Of a DNA stretch of 64,000 bases, positions 1 through 12,176 are shown in pieces (the first letter of the stretch is position 1; each line of letters begins with the position of its first letter). Source of the stretch: Antedon mediterranea. Lineage: Eukaryota; Animalia; Echinodermata. The translations under genes were made by a program, and so were the position numbers. The DNA lies in assembly GCF_964355755.1 (NCBI RefSeq), contig NC_092678.1, forward strand, positions 20,725,365 through 20,789,364. Reading direction: 5' to 3'. The notes under the pieces are model-generated. The model made no database searches. It saw nothing but the letters and a program-made list of their open reading frames with translations, and had not been told where the DNA came from.

Positions 1-1030
1 TGTTTGTGTCATTGAACAAAAAAAGTTGATGTTTGAGATGTTTAAGTGTGTTGAATTACAATACAGGTGAAACATACTGTATATTTACTGCTAACAAAAT
101 AGAGAAAAAAATGTTACCATAGTTTTAAATTACCGAGTCTCTGGCATATTCATATAATTCTAGTCACTAATATAGTATAATTATATTTATTCATTTCATC
201 AAAATTAAGCCATAACGACTGTTTGATTACAATTAAAAAATGAATAAATAAAAAATTTCTTTAGCAAGAGAGAATATTGTTGTCTTCTTTTCTCTTTCCT
301 TCTTTTCTTTCTTCTATATTGAAAAAAAATTGAAAAGAATACAAAAGGGTTTTTTTTTAATACACTTATTGTATTTTACTACAAAACAGAAAGTTGAAAA
401 GGAAGGAAAGAAATATAGAATGAAAAATCAAGGCTTCAATACGTTAGCCAAATTTTATAAGAGGGTATGTGCCAATATAACCAATTATGTTTAGGTTTTA
501 AAAGATATCCAAGTATGTTATGTTTTAAAAAAGATATCTCTTTTAACCATATAATTGTACATACATGTTCTAAACACATTTTAAAATATGTAATCTTTGT
601 ATAGCCTTGTCAGAAATGGAATAATGAATAAAAGTGGGCTAAACCCACGAAAGAGAAAAAAAACTTTAGTCACTAATATACCGTATTGTCTATCTATTCT
701 TTAAAAACCAAGACACAGAACTCTGGAAGACGGTTTAAAGGATGCTGGATTAGAAGAGATGTATCAGGCCTAACTTGTAAAACTAGGCCCACAGTACGTG
801 GTTTGTTAGAAGTATGGCCCGTTCAAGCTTAGTTATTTACCTGGGTAAGTTAATCTCAGAGATGTAGATCTATACTTGTAAAACGTGGTTTTCTAGAATA
901 ATGGCCCTTTCATGATGAGTTATTTACTCGGGTAAGTTTGTTTCAGGCACGGTTATCGCCACCTTTAGTGGGATATAATGGGTCATACCACCGGGAAGAT
1001 AACTAAGCCTGGATCTGCCGGTAGAATTAC

Positions 1031-1256
1031 CTTCTCTGAATGCGTGTTCCTTTTGTAGCGTCGCTATCACATCGTCCTGCCGAGAAATTTTCTCAACAGC
1101 GTCATTCAAGTCTTTTCGTAAAGTTGCAACAGTTTCTGATAAGTCACGGACGTCAATAACCAAATCAGGAGTGTTTTTAGCCCGTTTACAATGAACTAGT
1201 ACGGCACTTAAAAGAACGAGGACTAAACTTGGTTGTATGCTTATTTCTAGCTTCAT
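1031..1256 (-). CDS. Probable first coding exon of a secreted coiled-coil protein; downstream exons not identified in the window
   Basis: ATG at 1256; signal-peptide-like MKLEISIQPSLVLVLLSAVLVHC, then heptad-like VRDLSETVATLRKDLNDAVEKISRQDDVIATLQKE; good phase-1 donor GAAG|GTAATT at 1031/1030, so the ORF tail to 924 is likely intron read-through. Confidence 0.55.
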
Positions 1257-3764
1257 TTTCAAGGTATTTTTTAAATTCTGCCTATATGAGTCTATGAGTG
1301 GTTACCGGACGGTGAACGCTCTCTTTAAATCAGAATATATTCCCGTTTTTCAATATATAGCTTTCTGGTCTTCTGTCCTGACAATTAATTTTTGGTTCAA
1401 TATACAATGATTCTTTTCCAGTCCGGCTCCTTGTCACTAATAGTTACATATTCTCAAAGTTGAACGGTAGCGGTACAATAAAATTCTCAAAACAGCATCT
1501 TGTGTCAAAGTGGTTTGAGAAGACGTGTATACGTTTAAAAATCTCTACTAGGCCTATTCTTATTGTGCAAAACTGAAAATATAAGTAGGCCTATGCACTT
1601 TATAATCGTGTAAAACGCAAAGTAATATTCACAACGCTAATATAAAACATTTGAAATCCACTTCTTTGAATTGAAAATTACAATGTAAGTATCTCCCAGA
1701 GAAACCATTAAACCGTTCGAATAATGTATGTCAACATGCCTGCGTTTCGTAGGCGCACGACTCTCGTTATAAGTGTATCAGCGTTATCAAAAAAAATGTC
1801 ATACAATAAACAATTGCATTACCGTTCTGTTAAAATTGAATTTGTATTGTATGGGTATATTTCAGATTCAAATATATGATTATACAATTGAACAGTCTTC
1901 TTCTTCTGTTGCTGTATAAAGGCAGACGGTAAAGAAGATAACTTGCGATATTTTTGTACAGTAAATAAACGCAAAATGATATAGCGTAAATATCTTCCGT
2001 CTAATAATCAATTATGCTTTCCTATAATATGATACGCCAGTCTATTGACTATACTGTTAATATTTAAAATGTAAACGCATTCTGTAGTAAACAACAATAT
2101 AAAGATAATACAATAGGTATACAATACTGGCAATGCAGTTAAAAACGATTCGTCCGTTGAAGAAAAGACAACCCTGGAACGTCAGATAACGGTAGCCTCC
2201 GAGTCAGTAGTAGCATGAAATAACACGTCACGTCACGTAATAAACGTATACGCTGGTGAAACGGTGTTGACACGATCGTGGCACTTCACAATTTGTTAAT
2301 AATTACGTAATCCTCACGTCGAATTCAAATGTGTAACATAACATTCAACAATATACGCCAGCTATGCACAGCAGTCTGCGTAGATCGCAATCTCCGTCCG
2401 TGTGTGATATCGACTGCAATTACAAACGTTGTCAAATTACCGTAATTGAAGAAAACTCGCTTATTATATTAGTGATGAGATGATCACGTGATGAGATAAT
2501 GAAATATACAATCAACGACTGATGAGATCATTATTTCTCGATAAACACCTTCGAAGAATTGGCAACTTTCGTCGTGTTTTTTTTGTTACATTATTTTATT
2601 ATACATTTTGATAATAACAATCCGGAGTTTAATAGCATATAGCTAGCTCTGGTTCAATAGATCACAATGTCGCGTGCCTCGAAGATAAGTGATTTTTGCA
2701 TTAAGTATAATTTATCGTTACTAAAAACTGTAAATCAATGACAGTACATTTCCCTCAGACGTTAGAAATTTATTGCGCAAGCTTTTAGTGTTAATCTGTT
2801 ACGGTGAAAGACCCATGCTTCTATTGGCAAATGTAAATTATGAAGCACTATGTTTCTGTGCCAAAAGCCTCTTAAAGTACCAAAGAGATTAATCCGAAAT
2901 ATAACACACGTAAATATTGCCTCGCTGCAAATTTTTTAAATGTTTACTAACGATGACACGGTCATACAATTATTAGATTACTGTAACATGTAATAACGGT
3001 CACACAAAGGCCAATTTACACAGACGAGCGGTATCGGTAAGCTGAAAAACGCTTGTCCCTAGAATTTGTATCTATCCTCAGCGAAACCCGCCCGTCTGCT
3101 CCGCGTTTTGTGAACAGTGCGTACAAATTGTGTCTCTTTGAGATGCCACCGTTGACGTGTACGTAAAAAAGCAAAAAGTAAAATTAATATCAACATTTGA
3201 ACGCGCACGTAACAGCTGTCATTCGTCATTATGTTACTATTGACGCGCGCGTACAAAAGTCGTACTTTTATTTATCAACATATGAACGCGTGTGTGAAGC
3301 TTTTATTCTTCGTCTGTTGACCAAAAACGTACCATTTCAACGAAATGTGTGCTTTGAATAATGAAAGCGTTAATCATTTCTGTAATGCACCAAATACGAG
3401 ACGTGATCAAGAGGGCGATGTGATCAAAATATTTAAATAATACACATTTTGTATGCACAATTACTCTAGTAACTACAACACTGTACTTATTAAAATAATA
3501 AATTTAAAAATATCCATTTAATATCTGGAAAACCTTCTAGAAAAATATAACAGTTACAATTTTCTTTAAAAGCCGCTTCGACCTATCTCCTTTTCACACT
3601 TGGCCCATTTTTATAGTAGCTTATAAACTATCCATAATGTATATTTCACACGTTTTTTAAACAGCGCCACCATTAGAAAAAGAATCGAACCGCGAAACTT
3701 TGAACAGTAGAGCGAAAACCGTACTTTTAAATTGTAAAACGGCATGCAATACAATGATATATGT

Positions 3765-4537
3765 CCTATTATTACCCAAATTAGCTTTGTCACTATCCTT
3801 GTTACCGACATGAACCCTTCCAGTGTCATTATGATCCAAATCATTACCACCGTCACTTTCATCATTACCGAAATCCTCCTCGTCACTATCAATACCGAAA
3901 TCATCCTCGTCACTAACAATACCGAAATGATCATCGTCACTAACATCATTACCGAAATGATCATCGTCACTAACATCATTAGCGAAATCCTCTTCGTCAC
4001 TATTATCATTACCAAAATCCTTCTCGTCACTATCATCGTTCTACCGACATCAACCTCGTTACTAATATCATTACCGAATCATTATCATCATCACTATACC
4101 GGTAATCATTACCGAAATCCTCCTCGTAAAATAATTACCAAAATCCTCCTCGTCACTATCATCATTACCGAAAACTTCCTCGTCACTATCATCTTTACCG
4201 AAATCATCATCATCACTATTATCATTACCAAAATCCTCCTCGTTTACTATCATCATTACCAAAATCCTCCTCGTCACTATCATCATTACCGAAATCCTCC
4301 TCGTCACTATCATCATTACCGACATAAACCTCGTCACTATCATCATTACCGACATCAACCTCGTCACAATCATCAATACCAAAATCTTCCTCGTCACTAT
4401 CATTATTACCGAAAACCTCCTCGTCACTATCATCATTACCGACATAAACCTCGTCACTATCATCTTTACCGACATAAACCTCGTCACTATCATCTTTACC
4501 GACATCAACCTCGTCACTATTATCATCACAATCGTCA
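3765..4537. repeat. 30-bp minisatellite, about 25 copies
   Basis: Unit ATCATTACCGAAATCCTCCTCGTCACTATC repeated with variants; explains the overlapping low-complexity ORFs at 3611-4554. Confidence 0.95.
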
Positions 4538-5502
4538 TTGATATTTCGTAACATTTATTAATTAATAATACATTTGTATTATATTTTTGATTTTTATATC
4601 AAATAACATTTGATATAAGTACTTTAATTACATATTCATTCAATACCTACCTATATAATCGACTATTCAAGTTCGTTGACTCAACTCAATTTACATATTC
4701 TTCTTATCGCCATTGAAATACACAATTCAAAAGTTATTAACAAAAATCAACAACATCTTTAAAAAAAGATTATCTTTTTTAGAAATCAACTTGAACAAAG
4801 TACGAATTTAATCTATTATCACTCATTGTACTATATCTTAAAAAACTATAAAATCAAGAAATAACCCGTTCCTGAACTTTTTTCATTCAGGTCTCTCCAT
4901 GCGGAACTAGTGCCATTGTAATCAACAGCTTACAATTCATTTATCTTTTTACACATTTTTGTTATTTCATATAAAATCAAATAAGGTTGCTTCTAATGGG
5001 TAACTGCTTTGGTTTTCATAGCCTAAATTGAATTAACCCAAATTCACAAATTGGCAATTGGGATAAACGGTTTAGGCCGCCCTATACCGTAGTATTTGCA
5101 TAAGAGCAATTCGCATTAATAAATGTACTGTAGAATAAGGCCTAAAACTATAATTGAAGTCAAACGACAAAGCCTTTGGGCCTACTAAAATAGAAAGTTG
5201 TATTGAAACCAAATAGATAAACAAATTATCTTGGGCCTTATCTGTTTGAAATCCATGCGTTGAGTTATTGACAGTAATAATCTACACTGATACAATTACT
5301 GATTAATCTCTGTAGATCTCACACATTTTGCCTACCCGCATCTAATGTATAAACCATGCCAGTGCAAATGTGTAAGAAAATGAATATTCAACAGTATGCC
5401 AGGTTTACAAATAAATTTAAATGTTTATGCGACTAATGTCACATTTTGAGACAGATCGACAAATATATAATACAGTAGGCATACACTAGTAGGCCTAGTA
5501 GT

Positions 5503-5563
5503 ACAGTACACCACCTTTTAAAGGGACACTCGAAGGTGTCCCCTTAATGGGGATTCTAGTGTA
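5503..5563. mobile_element. Short Tc1/mariner (pogo/Tigger)-like MITE remnant
   Basis: TA-CAGTAC...AAGGGACAC-TCGAAG-GTGTCCCCTT...CTAGTG-TA imperfect inverted repeat; related to 62462-62690. Confidence 0.4.
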
Positions 5564-7115
5564 ATGCCCGGTTCATTGTGATGTTAATAACGAAATTCCA
5601 CTCGCAATTACCATGCCAAGTTATAAGACCTTCAGATAGTAATTATTCTCCTTATTAATTAATGTTTTCACAAAATCTAATCTATAATTATAACAAAATC
5701 TTTAATGATATAATTACAAATTTTTCCTTGTCTTTTTGTGTGTATGTATTTTTTGTTTTTTTTTTATTTAATATTTTTATCATTATTTGTATTATTGTGT
5801 TTGTTTGATAGGGGTTTCGGTTTCGGTCAAATTATAAGTAATATTATAAATTACATTTGTTTTTCTCTTTTTGTATGTATGTATGTTTTTATTTATTATT
5901 TTTATAATTATTTTTATTATTTTTGTTTGTTTTGGTTGTCGTGGTAGAATTTAATTTATTTTAATATTATATTAATTAATGTATTATAATCTTATAATAA
6001 TATTCATAAATCAAACTGATCGGATTCGAACCTACGACCTTTCACAAGGCGAAGGACACTTAATTATACTTTTAAATTTTGAAGATCAAAGGAATAAAGA
6101 AAAAAAAAGTTATATTTTCAAATCATTGTAGTATGTGGTATTTATATTTACACAGTGTAATGGTACAATTTATATATTAAATATTCCTGCAAGCAGTTGA
6201 ATCTACGTATTTATATATCTATAATTGAATAGTTCCCTTCCATTACAACTTATTAGAGAAATACGTATATCAAAACTCGTAGGAAGTGATTAATTATAAT
6301 ATAAAAGGCCTTGTTAGATTATTTAACACGCTTTGCTTGAGTGTATAAGAGGGTATATTTCCGTAGTGTAACGAAGGAAAACCTGAGTCATTATACAGAT
6401 TGCAGGAAACGCATATTGCGGAAAACTGGTCCTTTTATATGTTATGGTTTCATATTATCGTTGTACGCTTTCAGTTCAAAAAATAATCAAACAATCGACG
6501 ATTATTTTCGTTTTATAAACTGAACAGTTTACTAGCCGTGTTCTTTGCAATGTGTCTATTCTATTCTGCATTATATACAAATCTTACGATCTATTGTCTG
6601 TTGTGGAAAAGCGAGCGTTCATCCTTCGCCATACGGGATTTGAAGCATAAAGGTCAAGACCGTATTTCTGAGCTGTATTGACTGTGACGAGTTGACTGTA
6701 TGCGCATCAATGCAAACTGTACGCGCTACCATAACAGACCGTACAATTAAGTAAGCAGACGTTAATTACAGAGAGGACGATATATTATGCGGTAGTACGT
6801 GAAATTGGAGGCAAAATCGCTGAGTAAAACGAATAACAATGAAGTGGATCGGTTTTAAAATGAAGTCTTATCTATAAAACACAGAATATCTCAAACAGCA
6901 ACGGATTTTAAATAACAACGCCTATTTTAAGGACATGATCACAGACCGAACACTCAGGAAGCGGGCTTTGTCAACAATTCAAGATCATTATTGCAGGCCT
7001 AACCCAATTAGTGAAGATACTATTATTATAATGGGATATTTAAAATATTACTGAAGCTCGTTAGCGTTGTTAAATACCAACTTGTCCGTATACCTCTCAT
7101 CTCATTGAATGATAT

Positions 7116-8990
7116 ATGTTCTTGTTTGTGAAAATGCATTTGGAACTATTTTTGATTGCCTCAGTATGGGCAACGTTTGTTAACGATATCATCGCAATAT
7201 CGGTACCATCGCATAAAACAGCTATTGCTGGTGACTTAATCAAACTAAAATGTCCAGACACGGACAAATCTAGTTTTGATACTATAGTACTGTGGAGAAA
7301 ACAGTCAACGAATACTATTATTTCAGCCAATTATAATATTTCTGTTGAGTTACCGGTAGATATTCAAAATCGTTATTCCATTGTTTACAAAAATGGTAGC
7401 CAATTTACTTTACGAATTGTGGATGTTAAACAAATAGATGAAGGCGTATACGAATGTGGTTACATAGAGAGTAAACAAGGCAAATTTCAAGGTTTGTATT
7501 CATTCAATGTTACACTAGAATCAATCAATACGATTGATTTTAATCCAGTTTGTTCGCTGGATGCTTCATCTGAATCAAGTACATTAACAAACAGTTCTGT
7601 GATTTCACTCACATGTTCAGTAGCAACAGACAAACTGTCGAAAGAGTATTCCATACAATGGGCACGAGACGGAGAAGTACTAGCAAAGGAGACTAAAACC
7701 ACTCTTTCGTTAACTAATTTCAGTCTTGTTGGATTGAATAATTTATATGTCTGTCAACTTTTAATTAAGAATACAAAAATAGAAACGAAGGAGTGTTCTA
7801 TCAAAACCTTGGAATATCCGGTTGTGTTGTCAGAGGAAAGGAACTATGTCAAGATAGGTAATGATATAAATATTACTTGTGACGTCAGATCATCGTCTGA
7901 TGTCCCAATCTGGAATTTACAGCCGGCAAACACTGACATTCTAAAACGTCTTACATTCTCTAAGACCAACAGAACGTTGTCTATATCGAATCTATCTTTA
8001 TCAGACAATAACATAGAGATCTTCTGTAAACACCACAATGGTTATACCAGAAAAGCAACGATTATTGTGATTTCTGATACAATTGAAAGTACTTCTATTG
8101 CATTAGACGAATATAGGCCGATAAAAGAGAAGAAAGACAAAAAAGAGGAGAATACTGACAAACATTCTGGCAAAACCACGAAAATGGGATTGTCACCAAC
8201 TAATCTGTTTAGTTCTACCTTGCCTAGTTTTACTACTGGTTCTCAGTTCAGCATTCAGAATTTTCCCATCAGTTCTTCACCTGATGTATCATCTACACCT
8301 GATGTATCATCTACACCATCCACATACGTCACCAGTAGTCCTTCTTCAACAGAATCCTTATCTGGATTCCAGGAGTTCTTAAATATGGTTCACATGTCGT
8401 ATAAAGTTTTTATTGCTGCCGCAATAGGAACCTTTCTTTTTCTAGTTCTACTCTTGATCTTATTTATCTGTTGTTACAAACATGTTCAAAGTAAGAAACC
8501 CGCTCGATTAGCTATCAGCGATTCTTTTTATTCAGGCCTAGCCAACGTTCACAAGAACACAAACTACCCGCTGCATTACAATGCTATGCACAAGCGATCA
8601 GGCTTTGGTCGGGCTAGCGGAGCCAGTTCTTTATTTGGTGAGGATGACATGGAAGGAAGCAATCTTCTTGAAATCATAGTACAGGGTAAATTTCCAGAAA
8701 ATAGTGACATGCAATTTAGTGACACGTTAGAACATTGTAATCCAGACGACTCGTGCCTGTCGTCTGCTAAAGACTTCTGCAATTTAAACACTGGTGCTAA
8801 GGATTATGGGACGTCTGCAGATACACTGGATGGTACAGATGAAGGCATTTGCTCAGGGTCTGGTGAAACTAAATTTGATTTTGATTTTGATTCGCCAGTG
8901 AATACAAAACCACTGGATAGAAGTATGCAGCCAACCTCTGAACAAGATGCTAGCTTGGAACTCACAATACTTAAAGATACTCTTTGCTAA
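7116..8990 (+). CDS. Single-exon type I membrane Ig-superfamily receptor (V-like plus two C2/I-like domains, S/T stalk, TM, ~170-aa tail)
   Basis: 624-aa ORF: signal peptide; LKC...VLWRK...FTLRIVDVKQIDEGVYEC (V-set DxGxYxC); SLTC...IQWARDG...LYVC; NITC...IWNL...TLSISNLSLSDNNIEIFC; Ser/Thr/Pro stalk; TM VFIAAAIGTFLFLVLLLILFICCY followed by basic residues. Confidence 0.9.
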   Translation: MFLFVKMHLELFLIASVWATFVNDIIAISVPSHKTAIAGDLIKLKCPDTDKSSFDTIVLWRKQSTNTIISANYNISVELPVDIQNRYSIVYKNGSQFTLRIVDVKQIDEGVYECGYIESKQGKFQGLYSFNVTLESINTIDFNPVCSLDASSESSTLTNSSVISLTCSVATDKLSKEYSIQWARDGEVLAKETKTTLSLTNFSLVGLNNLYVCQLLIKNTKIETKECSIKTLEYPVVLSEERNYVKIGNDINITCDVRSSSDVPIWNLQPANTDILKRLTFSKTNRTLSISNLSLSDNNIEIFCKHHNGYTRKATIIVISDTIESTSIALDEYRPIKEKKDKKEENTDKHSGKTTKMGLSPTNLFSSTLPSFTTGSQFSIQNFPISSSPDVSSTPDVSSTPSTYVTSSPSSTESLSGFQEFLNMVHMSYKVFIAAAIGTFLFLVLLLILFICCYKHVQSKKPARLAISDSFYSGLANVHKNTNYPLHYNAMHKRSGFGRASGASSLFGEDDMEGSNLLEIIVQGKFPENSDMQFSDTLEHCNPDDSCLSSAKDFCNLNTGAKDYGTSADTLDGTDEGICSGSGETKFDFDFDSPVNTKPLDRSMQPTSEQDASLELTILKDTLC

Positions 8991-10189
8991 CATCTGATAA
9001 ATAGAATAGACATTACTAATAGTAGGCGTACTGTACTACAGTATACTAGAATCTGTTATATAGGCCTACACTATTTTTACAAATTAAACCACAAACAACA
9101 AAGGATTATTATGAAACAACACAATATAGGAAATTGAAACCGAAACACTACAATATTGTAAACCGTTAACGTAACCTCACGCCAGAGACGAGCGTAATAA
9201 TAGTGTGAAGACACGAGAGGACCAGCTATTTTTACAAACAAAATATGTACTCGAGAACGTCAGTCCTCGAGTGTATCTCGCGTGTTGTAGTCATTTTTTG
9301 ACTGTAATCTTGGTTATTTAACTGTGCTATTCAAATCCTAGTAATGAAATAGAATTCCCAGCTTGTAACAGACATTTATAACATATTTCCATAATTTATA
9401 ATAATACAAATGTTTGTTTCAATGGAAGGTGCCGTTATATTTCAAATACTGGTAAATATATTTTTACAATATAAATCATACATAAACTTGGGCCTTAATG
9501 ACTAAAGGCATATATTTTCTACGGTACAGTTAATATTTCAGTAGTTGTATATACACGGTAAATGGGATGAGACTATACAATATAGCGAGTATCGGTTAAA
9601 ATGCATTATGTTAATTAACCGATTTTATTATGTACGGCACAACCAGTGCAGCTTGAATTCATACACATATTGTACTGTACAATATCACAATATCAAATCA
9701 TGTTTTATGTACTGTACTACTATGACACAGCATGTGTACAATATAGGCTACAGTATATATTGTATTATAACCTACAGATTATACTGTATCATACATTTCA
9801 CACTGTGTTATATAATTATTATAGTGACATATTCCTGTAGCCGGAAATCGTTCAAATCACAAGTCTATAATGTTTTGTATTTCTAAGTTGCTATTAAAAT
9901 CCGAATTATATTTCTTTGAAAGCACAACATTTTCGTTATAAATCGTAACAAAGTGCGATGACCTTTATATAAAATGTATTTATTTGTATTATATTGTCTA
10001 TGTAAAACGTTCGTGTGATTATTGCCAATTTTAAATGTCATGATTGTTTTTTTAAATATTACTGTATACTCATTTTGCATGTACGTATTTTAATTGCATT
10101 GTAAATTGTGCATACGTAAGCTTGATGTTATTTATAGACTTTTACAGACGCTATTTTTTTTTTCGAACTATGTTGAAAAATGTCTCCAC

Positions 10190-10900
10190 TTTAGAACACT
10201 ACATGAAAATTCCATATGCTAATAACCATAATGGAAATCTCATCATGTTGAAACCATGGTGGAAAATTCCCTAATGTTAAAACAATGGTGGGAAATTTCT
10301 CCATTTTATAACATGGAAGAACATTCCTATTTTAGTACCAAGGAGGAAAATTCTTTCGCCATCTATTTATAGAGGAAATCCTTCCATTTTAAACAAGGAA
10401 GGAAATTCCGCCATGTTACAACCATTGAGAAAAACAAAAACAACATTCCTCTATTCTAGAACCAAGGAGGACATTTCTTCCATGTTATACCATGGAAAAA
10501 TATTCCTCTATTCTAGAACGAACCAAGAAGGAAAATTCTTCCATGTTAAAACATGGAAGAATTTTCCTCTATTTTAGAACCAACCAAGAAGGAAAATCTT
10601 TCCATGTTATCACAGGAAAAAATATTCCACTATTTTAGAACCAACCAAGGAGGAAAATTCTTCCACGTTATTACAGGGAAGAATTTTCCTCTATTTTAGA
10701 ACCAACCAAGGAGGAAAATTCTTCCACGTTATTACAGGGAAGAATTTTCCTCTATTTTAGAACCAACCAAGGAGGAAAAGTCTTTATGTTATAACATGGA
10801 AGAACATTACTCTATTTTAGAAACCAACCAAGGAAGAAAATTCTTCCATGTTATAACAGGGAAAAATATTACTCTATTTTATAATTCTTCCATGTTATTG
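10190..10900. repeat. ~61-bp tandem repeat built from two ~30-bp quasi-palindromic subunits
   Basis: TTCCACGTTATTACAGGGAAGAATTTTCCTCTATTTTAGAACCAACCAAGGAGGAAAATTC recurs at 10661 and 10722; more degenerate copies on both sides. Confidence 0.85.
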
Positions 10901-11925
10901 TTATATCAATGGAGGAAAGGTCCTCTATTAACTGCAATTAAATCAATTTCATTTAAATTGTTAAAGCTTTGTTTTGGTTTTGATACTATAAATGAATATA
11001 ATATAAATATTCGAAATAGATACGAGTAATAAAAAACAATAAACATACCGTATTGATCAGCGATAAATTTTATTAATAATAATTATACTTACGTCACAAT
11101 AATTTTAACTTGTTTCAATTTGTTTACAAATTAAAACAAGTTCTTTTTAAACCATTTCAATTTATTACGACTAGATCAAAAATTCTAGTCGTAATCTCCA
11201 AATTGAAACCATTGACAGTGGGAGTCCGGGGGGGGGGGGGATCTGAAAGGTCAGTTGAATGAAGGTATTTTTGTCACAAGTCATAAAATCTAAATCCCAT
11301 TTTGTCAAACAATACTTTGGGATGATAAATTGAATTGAAATACGGTTTAAGCGTGTAGCCTATGATAAGATGTTGTTATAGATTTTATACGTCATGATGA
11401 AACAATAAAAAATACTTTGAAGAGAACAAACAAAAATTGTATGTTTTATTTACTTGTTAACAGTCTGTTTAAGAGAGGCATGGCTTAACCACCAGTAACA
11501 ATATATTTCAATGAAATTGACACAATTTCGACGCGCGCGTAGCCCTTTCATTCGGATCGTCTTTAAACGCCGCGTATAAAAACGTCACTCGATGAAGTAA
11601 CGAGATGGAATAATGTTGAAAACTGCAATCATTTTTTAAGTAGTGTATGTTGTTATTAAACAATACAACAATTGAAAGTGAAACATAAAAGTATAACACA
11701 TTAAGAAATAATATTACTTAGGCCTACCTGTTTTTCAATCTTGTTTGTGTTGTTAGCTCGACAAAAACTATAAATTCATGGAAAACAAAAATACAAATTA
11801 AGATATAATTGCACTATCTATTGAAACCGAAATGTACAGAATTTTAGATAATTACGTTTCATTTATTATCATAATAGAATCATCGTTCATTATTTGCACA
11901 TGTTGTTCAAATGTTAATATACTTG

Positions 11926-12176
11926 CGCTACCATATTTGGGCATATCACTACCATATTTCGGTATATCACTATGAAATTTCGGCACATCACTACCATATT
12001 TGGGCATATCACTACCATATTTCAGTTTATCACTACCATCACTTTTGGGCATATCACTATCCTACTTCGGCATATCACTATCCTATTCGGGCATACCACT
12101 ACATATTTGGGCATATTACTACCATATTCGGGCACCTCACACTTTTTTGATTGATAGTGTAGGCCTAGACAGAGCT
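11926..12176 (-). mobile_element. Harbinger-type MITE (family A), one end missing, internal 21-bp unit expanded to about 10 copies
   Basis: Unit CATATCACTACCATATTTGGG in tandem, followed by terminus TTGATAGTGTAG[GCCTAG]ACAGAGCT matching the TIR of the intact copies at 35145 and 57253. Confidence 0.8.

Noticed and set aside
2140-3420. CpG-richer stretch with CACGT/CGCGCG words as a gene or ncRNA
   Set aside because: No convincing ORF, splice pattern or structure; may be regulatory or old TE sequence but cannot be supported
6018-6050. tRNA gene on the minus strand
   Set aside because: Only a B-box/T-arm (GGTTCGAATCC) is present; no cloverleaf, probably a SINE remnant
7097-8791. Antisense ORFs inside the Ig gene (likewise inside the CR1, ZNF, RTCB and the terminal exon)
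   Set aside because: Short shadow frames of real coding sequence with no recognisable motifs
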